Source: Piromyces finnis finn
Taxonomy: Eukaryota; Fungi; Neocallimastigomycota
Direction of reading: 5' to 3'
Assembly (NCBI GenBank): GCA_002104945.1
Contig: MCFH01000027.1
Span: 124,001 to 188,000 of the forward strand
Length of the DNA: 64,000 nucleotides
A model generated the notes under the pieces. The model was not told the DNA's origin and did no database searches. It worked only from the letters and a program-made list of their open reading frames with translations. Each line of letters begins with the position of its first letter. Within the stretch, counting starts at the first letter, position 1. Shown in pieces: positions 1 through 13,529 of the stretch. Position numbers and translations under genes: made by a program.

Positions 1-1000
1 GATAACAAAAATAAAAAGAAATTATCTTTTTATCTTTGTATTATTATTTTTTTTGTCAAACAATATTAAACAATATAATATTATTATATAATTTTTGTAG
101 CCTTTGTTATATTTTATTTTTTTTTTTTTATTTTATAGTTAAAAAAAAAAAAAAAAAAAATATGACAATAAAAAATTTATAATAGTAGAAAAGCAAAAAA
201 AAAAAAAAAAAAAAAAAAAAAGAAAATTATATATAGATTTCAATTTATTTTACTTTTTTATATTAATTTATTTAAAAATATAGATTAATTACAGCAACAA
301 CAACAAAAAAAAAAATAAAATAAAATAAATAAATAAAATAAAGTAAAAATAAAAAAGAGAAATAAAAAATTAAGATTTAAATAGATTTTAAACAGCGTTA
401 AAGCCTTTATATAAATGGGGAAATAATAATATAATATAATATAATATAATATAATATAAAATATAGAAATATAAAATTTTTATTAATTTATACTATTATA
501 CTAGAATATGTACATATTATAAGAAAGTATGGTATTATTAATTTATAGGAACCGATTTCATAATGTAAAAATTTTATACTTATCAACGATAGTAACTCTT
601 ATAAAATGTAGCTCTTTAGTAGCTCACTATCAAAAAACTATATTACATAATTAAAAAAGAATAACTTCTAATAGATAAAAGAGTCTAATACCCTCTTAAA
701 AGTTTTTTTAATAAAAGTAGATTTAATTACTCTATACCACAAGAGCTAGAATAAAAAAAAAAAAATAGCTCTAATGTTTCGTTATTTTATTATTTTATTT
801 TTAATAATATATATTAGTATAATAATTAATATTTTATATATTTTTATAAGATGTTAGAAAAACTATATATTCTTTTAAAATATATATAATAACATTAATA
901 TTTTTGAATACTAAATATAATAATAATTTAATAGTCTAATAATAAAAAGTGAAATAAAAATTGAATAGAATATATAATAAAAATTTATTACATCATTGTA

Positions 1001-4000
1001 TTAATAATCATCATAATCATAATCATCATAATCATTATAATCAAGATCAGGATCATCGGAATAGTAAATATCAGATATGTTATCGTTTCCTATAAAATAA
1101 TGATTTTCATCATTATTTCTTCTTCTTGTAATATTCTCTTCGTTGTAATTACTAGTATCGCTATCGCTACTTTCTTCTTCACTGCTTTGTTGATCTTCAT
1201 TACTCAAATTATTATCTATTTCGTCATCGTCTTCAAATAGATCATCTAGTGTACCATTTCTAAAATAAAGATCTTTTTTATAACTAGTAAAAGGCCTATG
1301 TGAAAACATTATATTATACTTCTCAATAACACTTTTCTTCTTTTTTTGATCATATTCGTATTTAAGTATTTGTTTGATTATTCTTTTATTTCCATTTTCA
1401 AAAAGAAATTCGTATATGTCATCATTAAGTACTTTTCCTTTTTCCTTTTCTATATACTCAGATAAAGTTGTAGTGGATATAGGGACATTATTCGCATAGC
1501 AAGAAAGAAGATTCATAATACAGTAATTATCATAATAAAAATGATTATATATAATTCTTAAATACTTTTCTTTATATTTACAATTAATATCGTAAATGCA
1601 ATATTTTATTAAGCTTTTTGCGTTATTGTAATTGTTTTTTATTAGAAATTTTAACTTTTCATCATTAAGAAAATCCTTTTCAAATATATATGATGGTTCT
1701 AATTTATCATTAGGTTCATAATTTACATTTATTCCAGAATTGGATAGCATATACTTTGCAAAAGTTAGATTATTTTTTTTAATAGCTGATAAAAATGGTG
1801 TTGTATAGGTAATACAATCCATATAATCTTCATCGTTATATCTAAATTTATTATATTTAGATATTATTGACATTATTTCAGTATTATAATTCAACGTTCT
1901 ATTATTGTATTGACTAACAATATATTTTAAAACTTCTTCTGATGCTTCATTTTCAATAGCATATATTAATATATCAAAATTATACGAATAATTTTTTTCA
2001 GGATCAATAGTATTATCATTAATAAATTTTTTATATTTTATAATATCATTTTTAATATTATCAAAATCTCGATCTATTTTGTTTTCTATATCCATAATAT
2101 CTTTAATGTATTGATTAACCTCTTCAATGATTTTATTATATTTAATATTATTTAAAAAGCTATATTTAATAGAAGAATTATTATTATTACTTAAAAAATA
2201 ATAAATAACATCATTTTTAAACGAATCATATCTTCTGCTTCTTAAGGAGGAATGTGATCTTCCACAATGCCTATATTCTTTATAGATATTGTATACCTTA
2301 TTATTTTTTTCATTGGAATCATTATCATATAATATACATAAAAGTTTAATACTATCGTTTGTTATAGCTTTTTTATAAAACGAACATTGGATTGTACTTT
2401 TATTATCTTTTAATGAAAATTTTAATAAGATTTCCATTTCATCTTCATTAAAATCTTTCTTATCTAACATTGATATATCATATTCTTTATTTTTAATAGT
2501 ATAGCCATTATTTAATAAATACATTAAACCGTAGCAACTAAATTCATTTTTTTTAAAATAATTAGTAGAATATAAATAATCTATAATATCAAAATACTTC
2601 ATTTCGTTAAACATGTCTAAATATTGAAATGAATAATTAATGTCATATCCATTTCTTAATAATAAATCCGCTATATTGAATTTATTACTTTCTATTGCAC
2701 ATACAAAAGGTGTTTTTATTTTAGTATTATTTTCAGTATAATAATTTAATGTTTCATAGTGTTTCATGTTTATTATACATTCTACTATCCTATCCTCAAA
2801 ATTATTTTCAATAGCATACATTAGTATATCGAAATCGTATGTATTTAATTTATTTAATTTTATATTTTTATCTTTTACGTATTTTTCAAGATTTTTTTCA
2901 TCATTATCTTTTAATAATTGAATTATATCAAATCTTTTTTTCACCAATTCATCCATTTCAGTAATGTTTTTTTGAATTTCTAATTTTAAATTTTTATAGG
3001 TGTTTTTACTAATAAAGTTTTTTTTTCTTAGTTTATTGTTATTGCTTTTATGGAAATAAAATTCATTATTATCATAATTTATTACAGAAATTTCTTTAAT
3101 AAATTCTTCATACTTTTCACCTTTTTTATAATTAGTATTAATTTCGATTTTTTCATTTTTACTATAATAATCTTCACTATCATAATTGTTTGTAGTTATC
3201 TTATTATCGATGCAATATATAATTTTTATGATTTCATAAATAATCACATTTTTATCATTATTATCATTATCATATAATATAATTAATGAATCAATATTAT
3301 TATTTTTAATTGATTCTTCGTAATACTCTGTTTTAATTAGTTTATCCTTCCAATTAAAATATTTTAAATATATTTCTAAAAAATCTTTTTTTTTGTTTTT
3401 TATCCATTCAACTATTAAGTTGTATTCATCGTCATCTTTACTATTTTTTCTTGGTTTACTGTTGTCATTTGTTAATGATAAACCTTCCTTACTTTCAAAG
3501 GCATCTTTATTACTTGATGCAGCAGCATTAGATATAAAATTTTTGTTATTTAATATATATATTAAATTTTCACAATTCAAAAATTTTTTATCATATAAAA
3601 ATTTAATTATATTTTTTTCGTAATTTATATCAGCGCCATATTTTAGTAATAAATTTGAAATGTCAAACCTATTATTTGCTATTGCAGTATAAAGTGGTAC
3701 ATTCCAAAAGAATTGATAATTAAAAGTTTTGTCTTGTTCTTCTTTTGTTGATATATTAAAATGTCTATATCTTATTTCATTATAAAAATTTCTCAAAATT
3801 ATAGACATACTATAATTAAGGTTGCTGTATAAACTAATAATATATTCAATAATCTTCAATGATGAATTACTTTGTATAGAAAATATTAGTAAATCAAATG
3901 AATCATTATTATGATCATAGGATAATTCATTTATTGAAATATAATTATTTTTAATATATTTTTTTAATTCTTCGACATTTTTGTTTTTTATTATTTTAAT

Positions 4001-5914
4001 AACTTGTTCTTTAATATCTTCTAAACTTCTTTTGGAAATAACGTATAACTTTTTAAAAGCTTCGATGATTTTATTTGTTATGTACTTATATTTTGATTCA
4101 TCAATAAATGAATTCTTGTTAGAATTATTAATGATCTTGTTATTATAATAAAACTTTTCATTTTGAAAATTTAAACCTTTATTCCTAATTATTTTTATAA
4201 ACTTTTTATATCTCTCTTCTTCAAAGCTCATAAAAAATAGAAAGAGTCTACATAAAATAATATTTTCATCTTTTTCAATACCACTGTAATAATTGTATAA
4301 AATTATAATGGCATTGTAATTATTATAATAAATAGACAATTTATAATATTGTTCTAATATACACTCATTGTTTTTTTGAATGTTATTTTTTATATTTTCT
4401 TTTTTCATATTTTGTATATAATTAAAATAAATTTCTAAAAATTCATTATTAGAACATTTTATCCAATGATATATTTTCTTGTCATTTGCAAGCCATTTTG
4501 AAACATTGTATCCATGGTTCAATATATAGTTTAAATTTTCGCAATTTAATAAATTTTCTCTATATAATGAATAAATTATATCTTCTTTATAGTTTATATT
4601 TGAACCATTATTTATTAATACGTCAGCAATTTCAAAATTATTTTTTGAAAGAGCTGTATATAATGGGGTCTTACGATAAGTTGTTTTGTACTTCGAATAT
4701 AAGTTATTATATGATCGATTTGTTAAAAGATCTCCACTTTCTTTATAATGGTTTTTAATATTTTGATAAATTGAACTATCTTTATTATTTTTATAATTTA
4801 TAATTATCTTTTCAAATGTTTGCTTTATCTCTGTATAGTCATTATTAGTAGTTTTGATTTTATTTCCATAATTAAGATTTTTATATGAAAACTCATTTAT
4901 AATATATTCAATAACATCCTTGGATACAAAATTCTCAATTGAATAAATCAAAATATCAAAGTTTTTACCTTTTAAAAGTCTCATCAATGAATCATTATTT
5001 TTAATGTAATTTTTAAAACTTTGTTTATCCATCACTTTTCCATCTTTTATTAAAGTATCTTTAATTTCTTCGATTTTTTCTTTATAGGTTTCAATATTGG
5101 TTTTAATTTCTAATATTTTATATTTAAACATGTATTCATTTAAAAAGGAATATTTATCTTTATCCTCGTTACCATATTTATCATTATAATAGAAATCCAT
5201 TTCATTAAATGATTTAGAACTATTAAGGTATTTTAAAAAATTATCAAGTTGTTCTTCATTCCTGTCACCTTCAAATTCATTTAAAATATAACATAGAATT
5301 TCATTTATACTTCTTTCATCATTATTAAAAAGAATTATCCATCCATCAAAATTTTTCTGATCAATAGCTAATTTATAATATTCATTTTTAATATCTATGC
5401 TTTTATTTTCTTTTTTAAGATATCTTAAGAATATTTCTAAAAATTTATTATTGAAAGATTTAATCCATTTTTTAATAATGTTACTATTGTTTAAGATATC
5501 ATTATTTTTATTGTCATGTCCCTTAAATATATTCATAATAATATACTTTAAATTAACATAGTTAAGATTATTATTATTATACAAATCTTCTATAATGTGG
5601 TTTGGGAAAGAGACACCTTTTTCTATTAAAATATCTGCTAAATCAAAATGACTTTTCGTAACAGCATAAGTAAGAAATTCACTTGAAGGCGAATCTAATA
5701 AGTGTAATAGAAATTTTATTTTGGTCATTGGTTTATTTTCCTTGATACATGATTTCAAGCTTTTTATTAAAGAATTTTTTAAATCTCTTGTTTCAATGTA
5801 ATATTGTATGACATTGATATCAATATTATTGCTATGAATATAATTCTCCAAGCCATCAATATCATTATCTATTAACCTTAACCTAATATTATTAATAATT
5901 TCAATATCTTCCAT
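1001..5914 (-). CDS. Large intronless ankyrin-like repeat protein (1637 aa) with an acidic C-terminal tail
   Basis: Single ORF. Recurring modules FDILIYSIEN / FDLLIFSIQSN / FDILMYAIENN / FDILIYAIENE are each followed by TP(L/F)xxA(I/L)xxN...G.xINY, an ankyrin-like consensus. Function cannot be assigned. Confidence 0.75.
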   Translation of the reverse strand: MEDIEIINNIRLRLIDNDIDGLENYIHSNNIDINVIQYYIETRDLKNSLIKSLKSCIKENKPMTKIKFLLHLLDSPSSEFLTYAVTKSHFDLADILIEKGVSFPNHIIEDLYNNNNLNYVNLKYIIMNIFKGHDNKNNDILNNSNIIKKWIKSFNNKFLEIFLRYLKKENKSIDIKNEYYKLAIDQKNFDGWIILFNNDERSINEILCYILNEFEGDRNEEQLDNFLKYLNSSKSFNEMDFYYNDKYGNEDKDKYSFLNEYMFKYKILEIKTNIETYKEKIEEIKDTLIKDGKVMDKQSFKNYIKNNDSLMRLLKGKNFDILIYSIENFVSKDVIEYIINEFSYKNLNYGNKIKTTNNDYTEIKQTFEKIIINYKNNKDSSIYQNIKNHYKESGDLLTNRSYNNLYSKYKTTYRKTPLYTALSKNNFEIADVLINNGSNINYKEDIIYSLYRENLLNCENLNYILNHGYNVSKWLANDKKIYHWIKCSNNEFLEIYFNYIQNMKKENIKNNIQKNNECILEQYYKLSIYYNNYNAIIILYNYYSGIEKDENIILCRLFLFFMSFEEERYKKFIKIIRNKGLNFQNEKFYYNNKIINNSNKNSFIDESKYKYITNKIIEAFKKLYVISKRSLEDIKEQVIKIIKNKNVEELKKYIKNNYISINELSYDHNNDSFDLLIFSIQSNSSLKIIEYIISLYSNLNYSMSIILRNFYNEIRYRHFNISTKEEQDKTFNYQFFWNVPLYTAIANNRFDISNLLLKYGADINYEKNIIKFLYDKKFLNCENLIYILNNKNFISNAAASSNKDAFESKEGLSLTNDNSKPRKNSKDDDEYNLIVEWIKNKKKDFLEIYLKYFNWKDKLIKTEYYEESIKNNNIDSLIILYDNDNNDKNVIIYEIIKIIYCIDNKITTNNYDSEDYYSKNEKIEINTNYKKGEKYEEFIKEISVINYDNNEFYFHKSNNNKLRKKNFISKNTYKNLKLEIQKNITEMDELVKKRFDIIQLLKDNDEKNLEKYVKDKNIKLNKLNTYDFDILMYAIENNFEDRIVECIINMKHYETLNYYTENNTKIKTPFVCAIESNKFNIADLLLRNGYDINYSFQYLDMFNEMKYFDIIDYLYSTNYFKKNEFSCYGLMYLLNNGYTIKNKEYDISMLDKKDFNEDEMEILLKFSLKDNKSTIQCSFYKKAITNDSIKLLCILYDNDSNEKNNKVYNIYKEYRHCGRSHSSLRSRRYDSFKNDVIYYFLSNNNNSSIKYSFLNNIKYNKIIEEVNQYIKDIMDIENKIDRDFDNIKNDIIKYKKFINDNTIDPEKNYSYNFDILIYAIENEASEEVLKYIVSQYNNRTLNYNTEIMSIISKYNKFRYNDEDYMDCITYTTPFLSAIKKNNLTFAKYMLSNSGINVNYEPNDKLEPSYIFEKDFLNDEKLKFLIKNNYNNAKSLIKYCIYDINCKYKEKYLRIIYNHFYYDNYCIMNLLSCYANNVPISTTTLSEYIEKEKGKVLNDDIYEFLFENGNKRIIKQILKYEYDQKKKKSVIEKYNIMFSHRPFTSYKKDLYFRNGTLDDLFEDDDEIDNNLSNEDQQSSEEESSDSDTSNYNEENITRRRNNDENHYFIGNDNISDIYYSDDPDLDYNDYDDYDYDDY

Positions 5915-6832
5915 TTATCATTCAAAAAGAATAAGTATATTACTAGACAGTCTTGATATATCTTAATGCTTTTTTTTAAGTATTATATTTATTATTTATT
6001 AATTAAAAAAATAAATGTTTTTTTTTTTTTTTTTAATTGTTATTTAAATCCAATTTTTGTTTTCATTACATTTTTGGATAAATTATGTCCATTTTATATT
6101 TTAATTTATAAATATCAACGTATTAAATTAAAGGTTACAATTTTTAGTGAAAAAAAAAAATAGTAATGACCACTTTTTTTATATGTATATAGAAAATTAT
6201 AAAAAAATATTATTATGTAATATTTCACTTATTATTTGGTAATTTAAATAACAAAACAGCAACAACAACAGCATTATTATACATTGTATTTAGCTAATTT
6301 TCTTTTTATTTATTTATTATTTTAGATTATTTTATAACTTTAAAAAACTACATTTATATTTTCATTTCTGTGTAACATACTATTAATACTACATTTTAGT
6401 ATAAAATTAAAAATATGTTTTTAAACTCTATATAATTATTATATATACATTAACATCTGATATAACTCACGGTTTAATACAATTTTTTTTTAAAGGGTTT
6501 TTTGTGATTAAAATACTTTATTTATTATTAATCTTATAATACAAAACGTATTTTTAATAATTCATATTTTTATAGTAAATAAATTTATGGATTTTATGTA
6601 ATTATCATAAATTTACCAATTTATATTTTATATCACATCTTTTATACAATGCATTATTCATTTTTCATTTCTTTTTATTATTAATAATAGAATTTGAGGA
6701 ATCATAAATAATAAAATAGTAATTTTCATTAAATTAAATAATGTTACCATTGATTTTTCAGGTAAAGAAAAATGACCTCTGACTAAATATATCTAGAACC
6801 ATGGTTTAATTAAGATGAATGCAATAATATTA

Positions 6833-6873
<41 letters not shown>

Positions 6874-7029
6874 GGCATCAAATATTTTAAACTTTATTAT
6901 TAATTTAATTAAAATTATAATACATGTAATAAAAAATTAAAAATAAATAAAAATAAAAAAAATATGTTTAAATAAACACAAATGAATAAAAATTGGGTAT
7001 AATGTATTCTAGTAATTTTAATTAAAGTA

Positions 7030-9640
7030 AGAAAGCCACTATTATACTAAAGTATAATAATTGTATTTGACTTCCAATGGGACACCGAGCCAAAGATCAA
7101 AATTTTATCATGGGACAAAATTATGATCTCCATTGGTTGCGCTGGCCCTCCTGGCCTGTCTTACTGTTTCTTCAGCATTGACGCTCTTGGATGTTGCTTC
7201 AAACCTTTTGAACATTGACCATTGCTGGCCAATAGCAAAAGGCATGATTTTGGTTAGAAGTTCCGCGGTTACCGTCAAGAATGGTGTTCCTTCGTTAGTA
7301 CCAGATTGAATCTGACGCTTACAAAGTTCTTTCTATTCCCTTGAATTGTAATTAATATTGTTAAAACTTCTTCCCCCAAGAAGGAATTTAAATATTTTAC
7401 TGCACACACTAGAATAATCATACACATTAATATTCACCGGATTATTAGAACTATTACTATCATCAACTAAATTACTATCTAAATTAGAATTATTATCATC
7501 ACTATTGCTATCATTACTAATATTATTATTTCTATTATTGTTATTATTACTATTGTTATTATTAATATTATTACTATTACTATTACTGTTATTGCTATCT
7601 CTGCTGATATTAACATTTTCATTATTATTGATAGGACTATTGGAATTACGTTGACTGAAAAAATTTAATAGATGGACTATAGAATCATAATATTTAATAC
7701 GGATATCTCTAAATGTTGGACAATCTAATAACCAATGTTTAATACTTTGATCTCCACACTTGCAACATGGACAGTAGTTAGGACAAACTGGATCAACAAA
7801 TTTAGCAGCTTTGGCAACTCTAGCATCCAACTTGTATCCGCTTCTTGCTTTCAATAGCCAGTAGAAGCCATAGGCAAACTCTGGGTACTCATAACATAAT
7901 TTAATAAAATCTTTAGTTTCAATAAACTTATTATCATCATAATATTGCGCTTTGATTGAATTCCCTTTGAGATCTTTCCAATAAAAGTTTTTAACTGCTT
8001 TAACATCTCCATGTTTCTTTAGTTTTTTATCAAGTGTCCTACTTGATTTGCACCACGTGTATTTTCTAAATTTAGGAATGTAATTGACAAGGTGTGAGAT
8101 AATACAATTTGAGTTTTTCCATTTGTTAAAACATCTAACCTGAGCTAAAGCACATTTGGCTGACAATGGAGGAATATTCAAATCTTTTGAGATAGAGTAT
8201 AAAGATATAAACGATACAGCTTTATGAACTCCGGCAACCCATCGTATTCCTTTGTTAACATGCTTCTGAGCAATCCTAGACCTAGCTTTGTTGGATCCAA
8301 GTAATGGTGCAAAGTATGAAACTCTGCTAATCACTTGTGAGTTAAGTACTAGTTTTTTGAAAGGAATAGGAATATTAGGATTTCTTAAGAATTTACTGAC
8401 TGAGAAAAGTCCTTTCAAAACCTTGTTATTAAGAACATTAATTACTGGTTTAAGGGACAAATTCTTATCAAATGGAACACCAAGATAAGTGTAGCAGTCA
8501 GTAGTTGGAATGGGTTGTCCTGCTAAGTAAAATGTTGGATCTCTCTTGTTCTGATTTTCTATTGATTCAGGACGAATCACCATCGTTGAACATTTCTGGA
8601 TACCAAATTCCATTTCATTATACAAGGCCCATTCATTAACTCTTCTAAGCATCTTTTTTAAGCATCCTCTTGTTGGAGCACAAATAACTATATCATCTGC
8701 AAAAAGTCCACCACAGCATCGAGTGTCACCTAAACTGACTCCGAGATCTTCACACTCTTTAAATATATCATTAATAAAGAGATTAAAAAGAATAGGCGAA
8801 AGTGGGCAACCTTGACGGACTCCTTTCTTCACATCAAAAGATTTCGAGAATTGTCCATCTAATTTGACATTAGCCTTAGATGTTAAATATAAATTTTTGA
8901 TAAATTGTAAACTCTTACCTCGGATTCCTAAACAATCTAATTTATGGAGAATATTACCGATTGGGACTGAATCGTATGCTTTCCTGAGATCTAAAAAGGC
9001 CAAATATGTCTCTTTATTATCTAATTGACGTCTACGGCATATTTCTTGGATTGAAATGAAAAGACTGATACTTTCTTCCTTTTTTCGAAAACCAAATTGT
9101 TCAGGTCTAATGAAATTATTCTTTAGACCATATTCTGAGATTCTAGTGGTGACAATTTTGGAGATCAACTTAATACCATTATTGATAAGTGATATACCTC
9201 GATAGTTATCACAATCTGTCAAATCTCCCTTCTTAGGAATAGAAACAATACTGGATTCATTCCATGAGTTGGGGAAATCTCCATCCCAAATACGGTTAAA
9301 TAATTTAAGAATAAAATTTAAACCATGAGCATCATTATCTGAAGTAGTATTACCAGAAGAATTATTATCTGTAGCATTATTAGAATCATTACTTGATGGA
9401 ATTAATGCTTTGTAAAATTCAATTGGAATACCATCCGGACCTGATGCTTTATAATTTGGAGTAGAGAGGATAGCTGACTTGACTTCATCAATACTAATAT
9501 CTTGGTTGATATCCCACTCATCAAGCATAGGAAGTGAAAAACGTTTATTCATTGGTTCTTCATACCAATGCTCCAAATCAAGACTTACACCACTCCACTT
9601 GGATCTGATGCAAGTTATCTTTCATTAACACAATGGATAT
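7030..9640 (-). mobile_element. 5'-truncated non-LTR retrotransposon (LINE)
   Basis: RT motifs KASGPDGIP, PKKGD, YRGISL, QFGFR, FLDLRKAYDSV, GVRQGCPLSPILFNLFIND, LFADD, YLG, plus a C-terminal CPCC..H....C zinc knuckle. No endonuclease upstream; coding character stops near 9640. Both boundaries are approximate and no TSD was identified. Confidence 0.88.
7108..9621 (-). pseudogene. LINE ORF2 fragment (RT plus Cys-rich domain) with one internal TAG
   Basis: The frame is open from 9621. After TAG at 7333-7335 the same frame continues 74 codons (KELCKRQIQSGTNEGTPFLTVTAELLTKIMPFAIGQQWSMF...NFVP*, stop at 7108-7110). Confidence 0.75.
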
Positions 9641-10339
9641 TATTTTTTTTCATTTAATATGGTTAAATAACTTTTCATTTCTATATAAATATAATAAAAA
9701 AAAAAAAAAAAAAAAAAAAAACACAAATTAAGTTATTAAAAAAAAAAAAGAAAAAAGAAAATTTTCATATAATAAATATAAAATCTTAAAAAATAAAACT
9801 TTGAAATATAAATGAATAGATTATTGTATTAAAAACTTCATCTCAATTTTTTTTTTTTTTTTTAATTTATTATATATTATAAATATTATGATTACTATGG
9901 TTATGATATATTCAATTATTATTGTTGTTTGTTATTATCGTTTATTTTATCCTTTTTAATTTTTTGTATTTATTTGCATATTTTTTTTTTTAAATATAAT
10001 TAAAAAAAGGTTTTTCAAAATTGATGTTTTATTAAGTATATTACTATTTTTAAATATGTTTTTATGTTTTCATATTTTTTTATGAAAAAAATAAAAAATA
10101 AAAAAAAAAAGAGGAAGGAAATTAATAGTAAATTTGCTATTAATAATAAATTGAATATTTTTTTATTTAAAACAATATATTCTATTATTATAAAATTTTA
10201 TATATTGTTTTTTTTTAAGATAACATTATATTTTAATAAAAATAAATGATTTCAGATAAATATATTTAATATTTTAGTTTTTTTTTTTTTTTTTTTATTT
10301 GAAAAGTTTTAATTTAAAAGATAAACAGGAGTAACGAAT

Positions 10340-11581
10340 TTATTTAAGGGCACGAGCAGCTATTTTCTTATTTTCAGGTGATACTCTTCTTGGGAAATTA
10401 ATATGTATATCCACTAAAAGATCACCTTTTTGACCTGGTTGTTTACTTATTGGCATTCCTTCACCCTTAATTCTGATTACTTGACCTGGAACAACAACAT
10501 CAGATCCTTGTGCACCAGTAATAATAACTTGGCGATTATCCATATGAGTAATATATTTACTAAATCCACCAATAGCTTCCCATAATTCGATTTGTAAGTT
10601 AATACGTAAATCTGAACCTTCACGTTTAAACATTGGAGATGGTTCTGGCTTGTCTTCTATTACAAATACAATATCTTGGTATTCACCATTTGGTAATTCA
10701 TTACCTTCATTAGAATAAGTAATCTTTGTACCAGCTTTCCAACCTGGTGTAATATTTATACTGATAACTTTTTGAGTTTGAATACCGCCTCTAGTTCTAT
10801 TGATTTTTAATTTTTTAGTAGCACCATTATATAATTCTGATAATGTACATGGTAATTTTCTTTGAACAACCTTTTCTGGTTGATTCATTCCATTCATGTT
10901 CATGTTCATGTTCATGTTCATTCCATTCATGCCATTCATACCGTTCATACCGTTCATTCCATTCATACTTCCCATACCCATGCCATTACCACCAAACATA
11001 TTTGCGAAACTAGAAAAGCCACCCATGTTTGGCATACTACTACCAGAATTTCTATTTTGATTATCATCCATATCCATAAAACTGAAATCGGTATTTGAAT
11101 TTCCAAAACCTGAAAATCCCTTGAAAAATTGAGAAAAAATGTCATTAGCATCACTTGGTTGGAAATTTGAGAATCCAGAAAAACCTCCTGGTGTAGAAGT
11201 GAAAGTAAATGTACCACCTCCTGGGAAACCTTGAGCACCAGCATCTCCTGGAGTACCCTTTAAACCTTCTTCACCGAATTGATCGTATACAGCTCTTTTA
11301 TTTTTATCTGATAAAACCTAACATTATAAAAAAAAAAAAATAAATAAAGTAAAATTAATATATATATAAACAAGCATTAATTAAGAATTATATATAAGTT
11401 TTTATTCTATATTTACTTCATATGCTTCGGCTAATTCTTTAAATTTTTTTGTAGCTAATTCTTTATTATTTGGATTTCTATCTGGATGCCATTTTAAAGC
11501 TTGTTTTCTATAAGCCTTTTTTAATGCATCATCATCAGCATTTCTTGGAACACCTAAAATTTCATAGTAATCCTTTCCCAT
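10340..11581 (-). CDS. SIS1: Type II Hsp40/DnaJ co-chaperone, Sis1/DNAJB-like (about 380 aa, 2 exons)
   Basis: Exon 1 11581-11417 ([11 protein letters not shown]...KWHPDRN...EAYE), GT..AG intron 11416-11318, exon 2 11317-10340 ([17 protein letters not shown]-rich and G/M-rich linker, [19 protein letters not shown]). No Cys-rich domain. Confidence 0.92.
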
Positions 11582-13529
11582 TATGATTGTATGTTATATA
11601 TATTTAAAAATTTAAGATTATAGCTTTTATTTACTGGTTTCCTATATATAAAAACTATATTTAAAAAAAAGTAAATAGTATATATGTTAATATATTGCTT
11701 ATTTGTTTTTTTTTTTTTTTTTTTTAATTTTTAAAGAGAAAAAATATGGCTCAATTAAAAAGTCAATTATTTTGTTATATAATATTAACTTTATACTAAA
11801 TATTAACTTTACTAATAAAAGGATTTCTTTTTAATGATTATTATTACTAAATGTTTTCTAACACATGATTTTATTTTAGTTTAGTTTAGTTTATATAAAA
11901 TATACTATTATATTTTTATAGGTTGTTATTTTAATATAAAAACATTAATATTTTAAAGGTATTTACTTTATTTTTTTAATTTAAAGATAGAGCTTTTATA
12001 ATTAAGAATTTAACTTTATAAAATTGTTTGTTTTTTTTTTGTTTTGTTTTCTTGAAGTAAAAAAAAAAAAATAATAAATGAATAAATAAATTGGTATATT
12101 TATTATATATTTTTAAGATAGATAGGTATAATGTTTTATATACAAAAGTTTATGTATATAATGGTGGTATCAAAAGTGTATTGTTTTTACTTTTTTTTTA
12201 AAAAAAAAAAAAAAGAGAATTTATGATTAAAAATACTAAAGTAAATAAATGGAATAGAAATTATAAAAATATAAAATAAAATAAAATAAAAAATACTTTT
12301 TACCAATAAGCTCTTTATATATACCAAAAGCTAAGAAATTTAAGAATAAAAAATAAAAATAAAAAGTAAATTTTCTTTTTTTTCTTTTTCTTCCCTTTAA
12401 TTAAATTTTAATATATATTATAATAATAGACTTTCTACATTATGTATCATGGATGTTCTATCCTTTTTTTTTATTTATTTTAAATAAAATATTTAAATAT
12501 TTTCCTATTAATTATTGTAGTAAATAAAACATTTTTAATATAAGCCACATTTAAATTTATTAATTTTTAAAATTACATTTTTAGACCATTTAAAAAAATG
12601 GGATTTTAAAAATTCAGACAAGTATTAGTGAACCTTCTACCATATTGTAGAACTTGTAGAACTTGTAGAAAATATTATAAATAAATCATTCATATATAAT
12701 TTATATTAAATAAATATAAATTATGAATAATAAAAATAATAAGCAATTAAAATTATTATTAGTTATTATTTATAGTAAATTTTAAAAATAAATAATATAA
12801 ATTAATTAAAGAAAAAAAAATATATATATTAAAATAATATATACTATATAAATAATAATTTTTTAATAATGAAATTCATTTTTATATTTTAAAACTTTAA
12901 AAAAAAGTGGAAAAAATGGTTCTATTCCTTTCTATTCTGCTTGGTACATAAATGTAGTAATTTTAAATATATAAATATGAAAATGTATTAAATTTTTAGA
13001 AAAAGGCAAAGAGTTGATTTTTTGTATTCTAATTTTACACCTGCTTTTATTATATTTTTTTTATTTTTTTTTTACTTTATAAAAAGATATATTAATAATA
13101 AAAGATAATTAAAATGTAATAAAAACAACAAGTTTTTAATAAAAATAAAATGTTTATATTATATTATTTATTATTTAGCAAGAGCTTTTTTAAAAGTTTT
13201 ATGGACAATTGCATTAATAAAAATTTATATAAAAATTTAATATAATAAAATAGTTTAATTAAAAAAATATAAAATATAAATTAATTTTTTTATTATAATA
13301 AATTATAAAAAATTTACTTTAAAAAATATTAATTTTAAAATAAGACTATTCTTTTAAGAAATAGAATTTCAATTCCAATAATAAAAGGTTAGTAGCAAAT
13401 AGTAATAGCTAATCTAAATAATAAAAATAAAAATAAAAATAATAGAAAAAGTATATAAAATGGATATATCATTATTAAATTAATTAATATTACTTTTGTT
13501 TTTGTTATTTAAAAAAAAAAAAGAATAAT

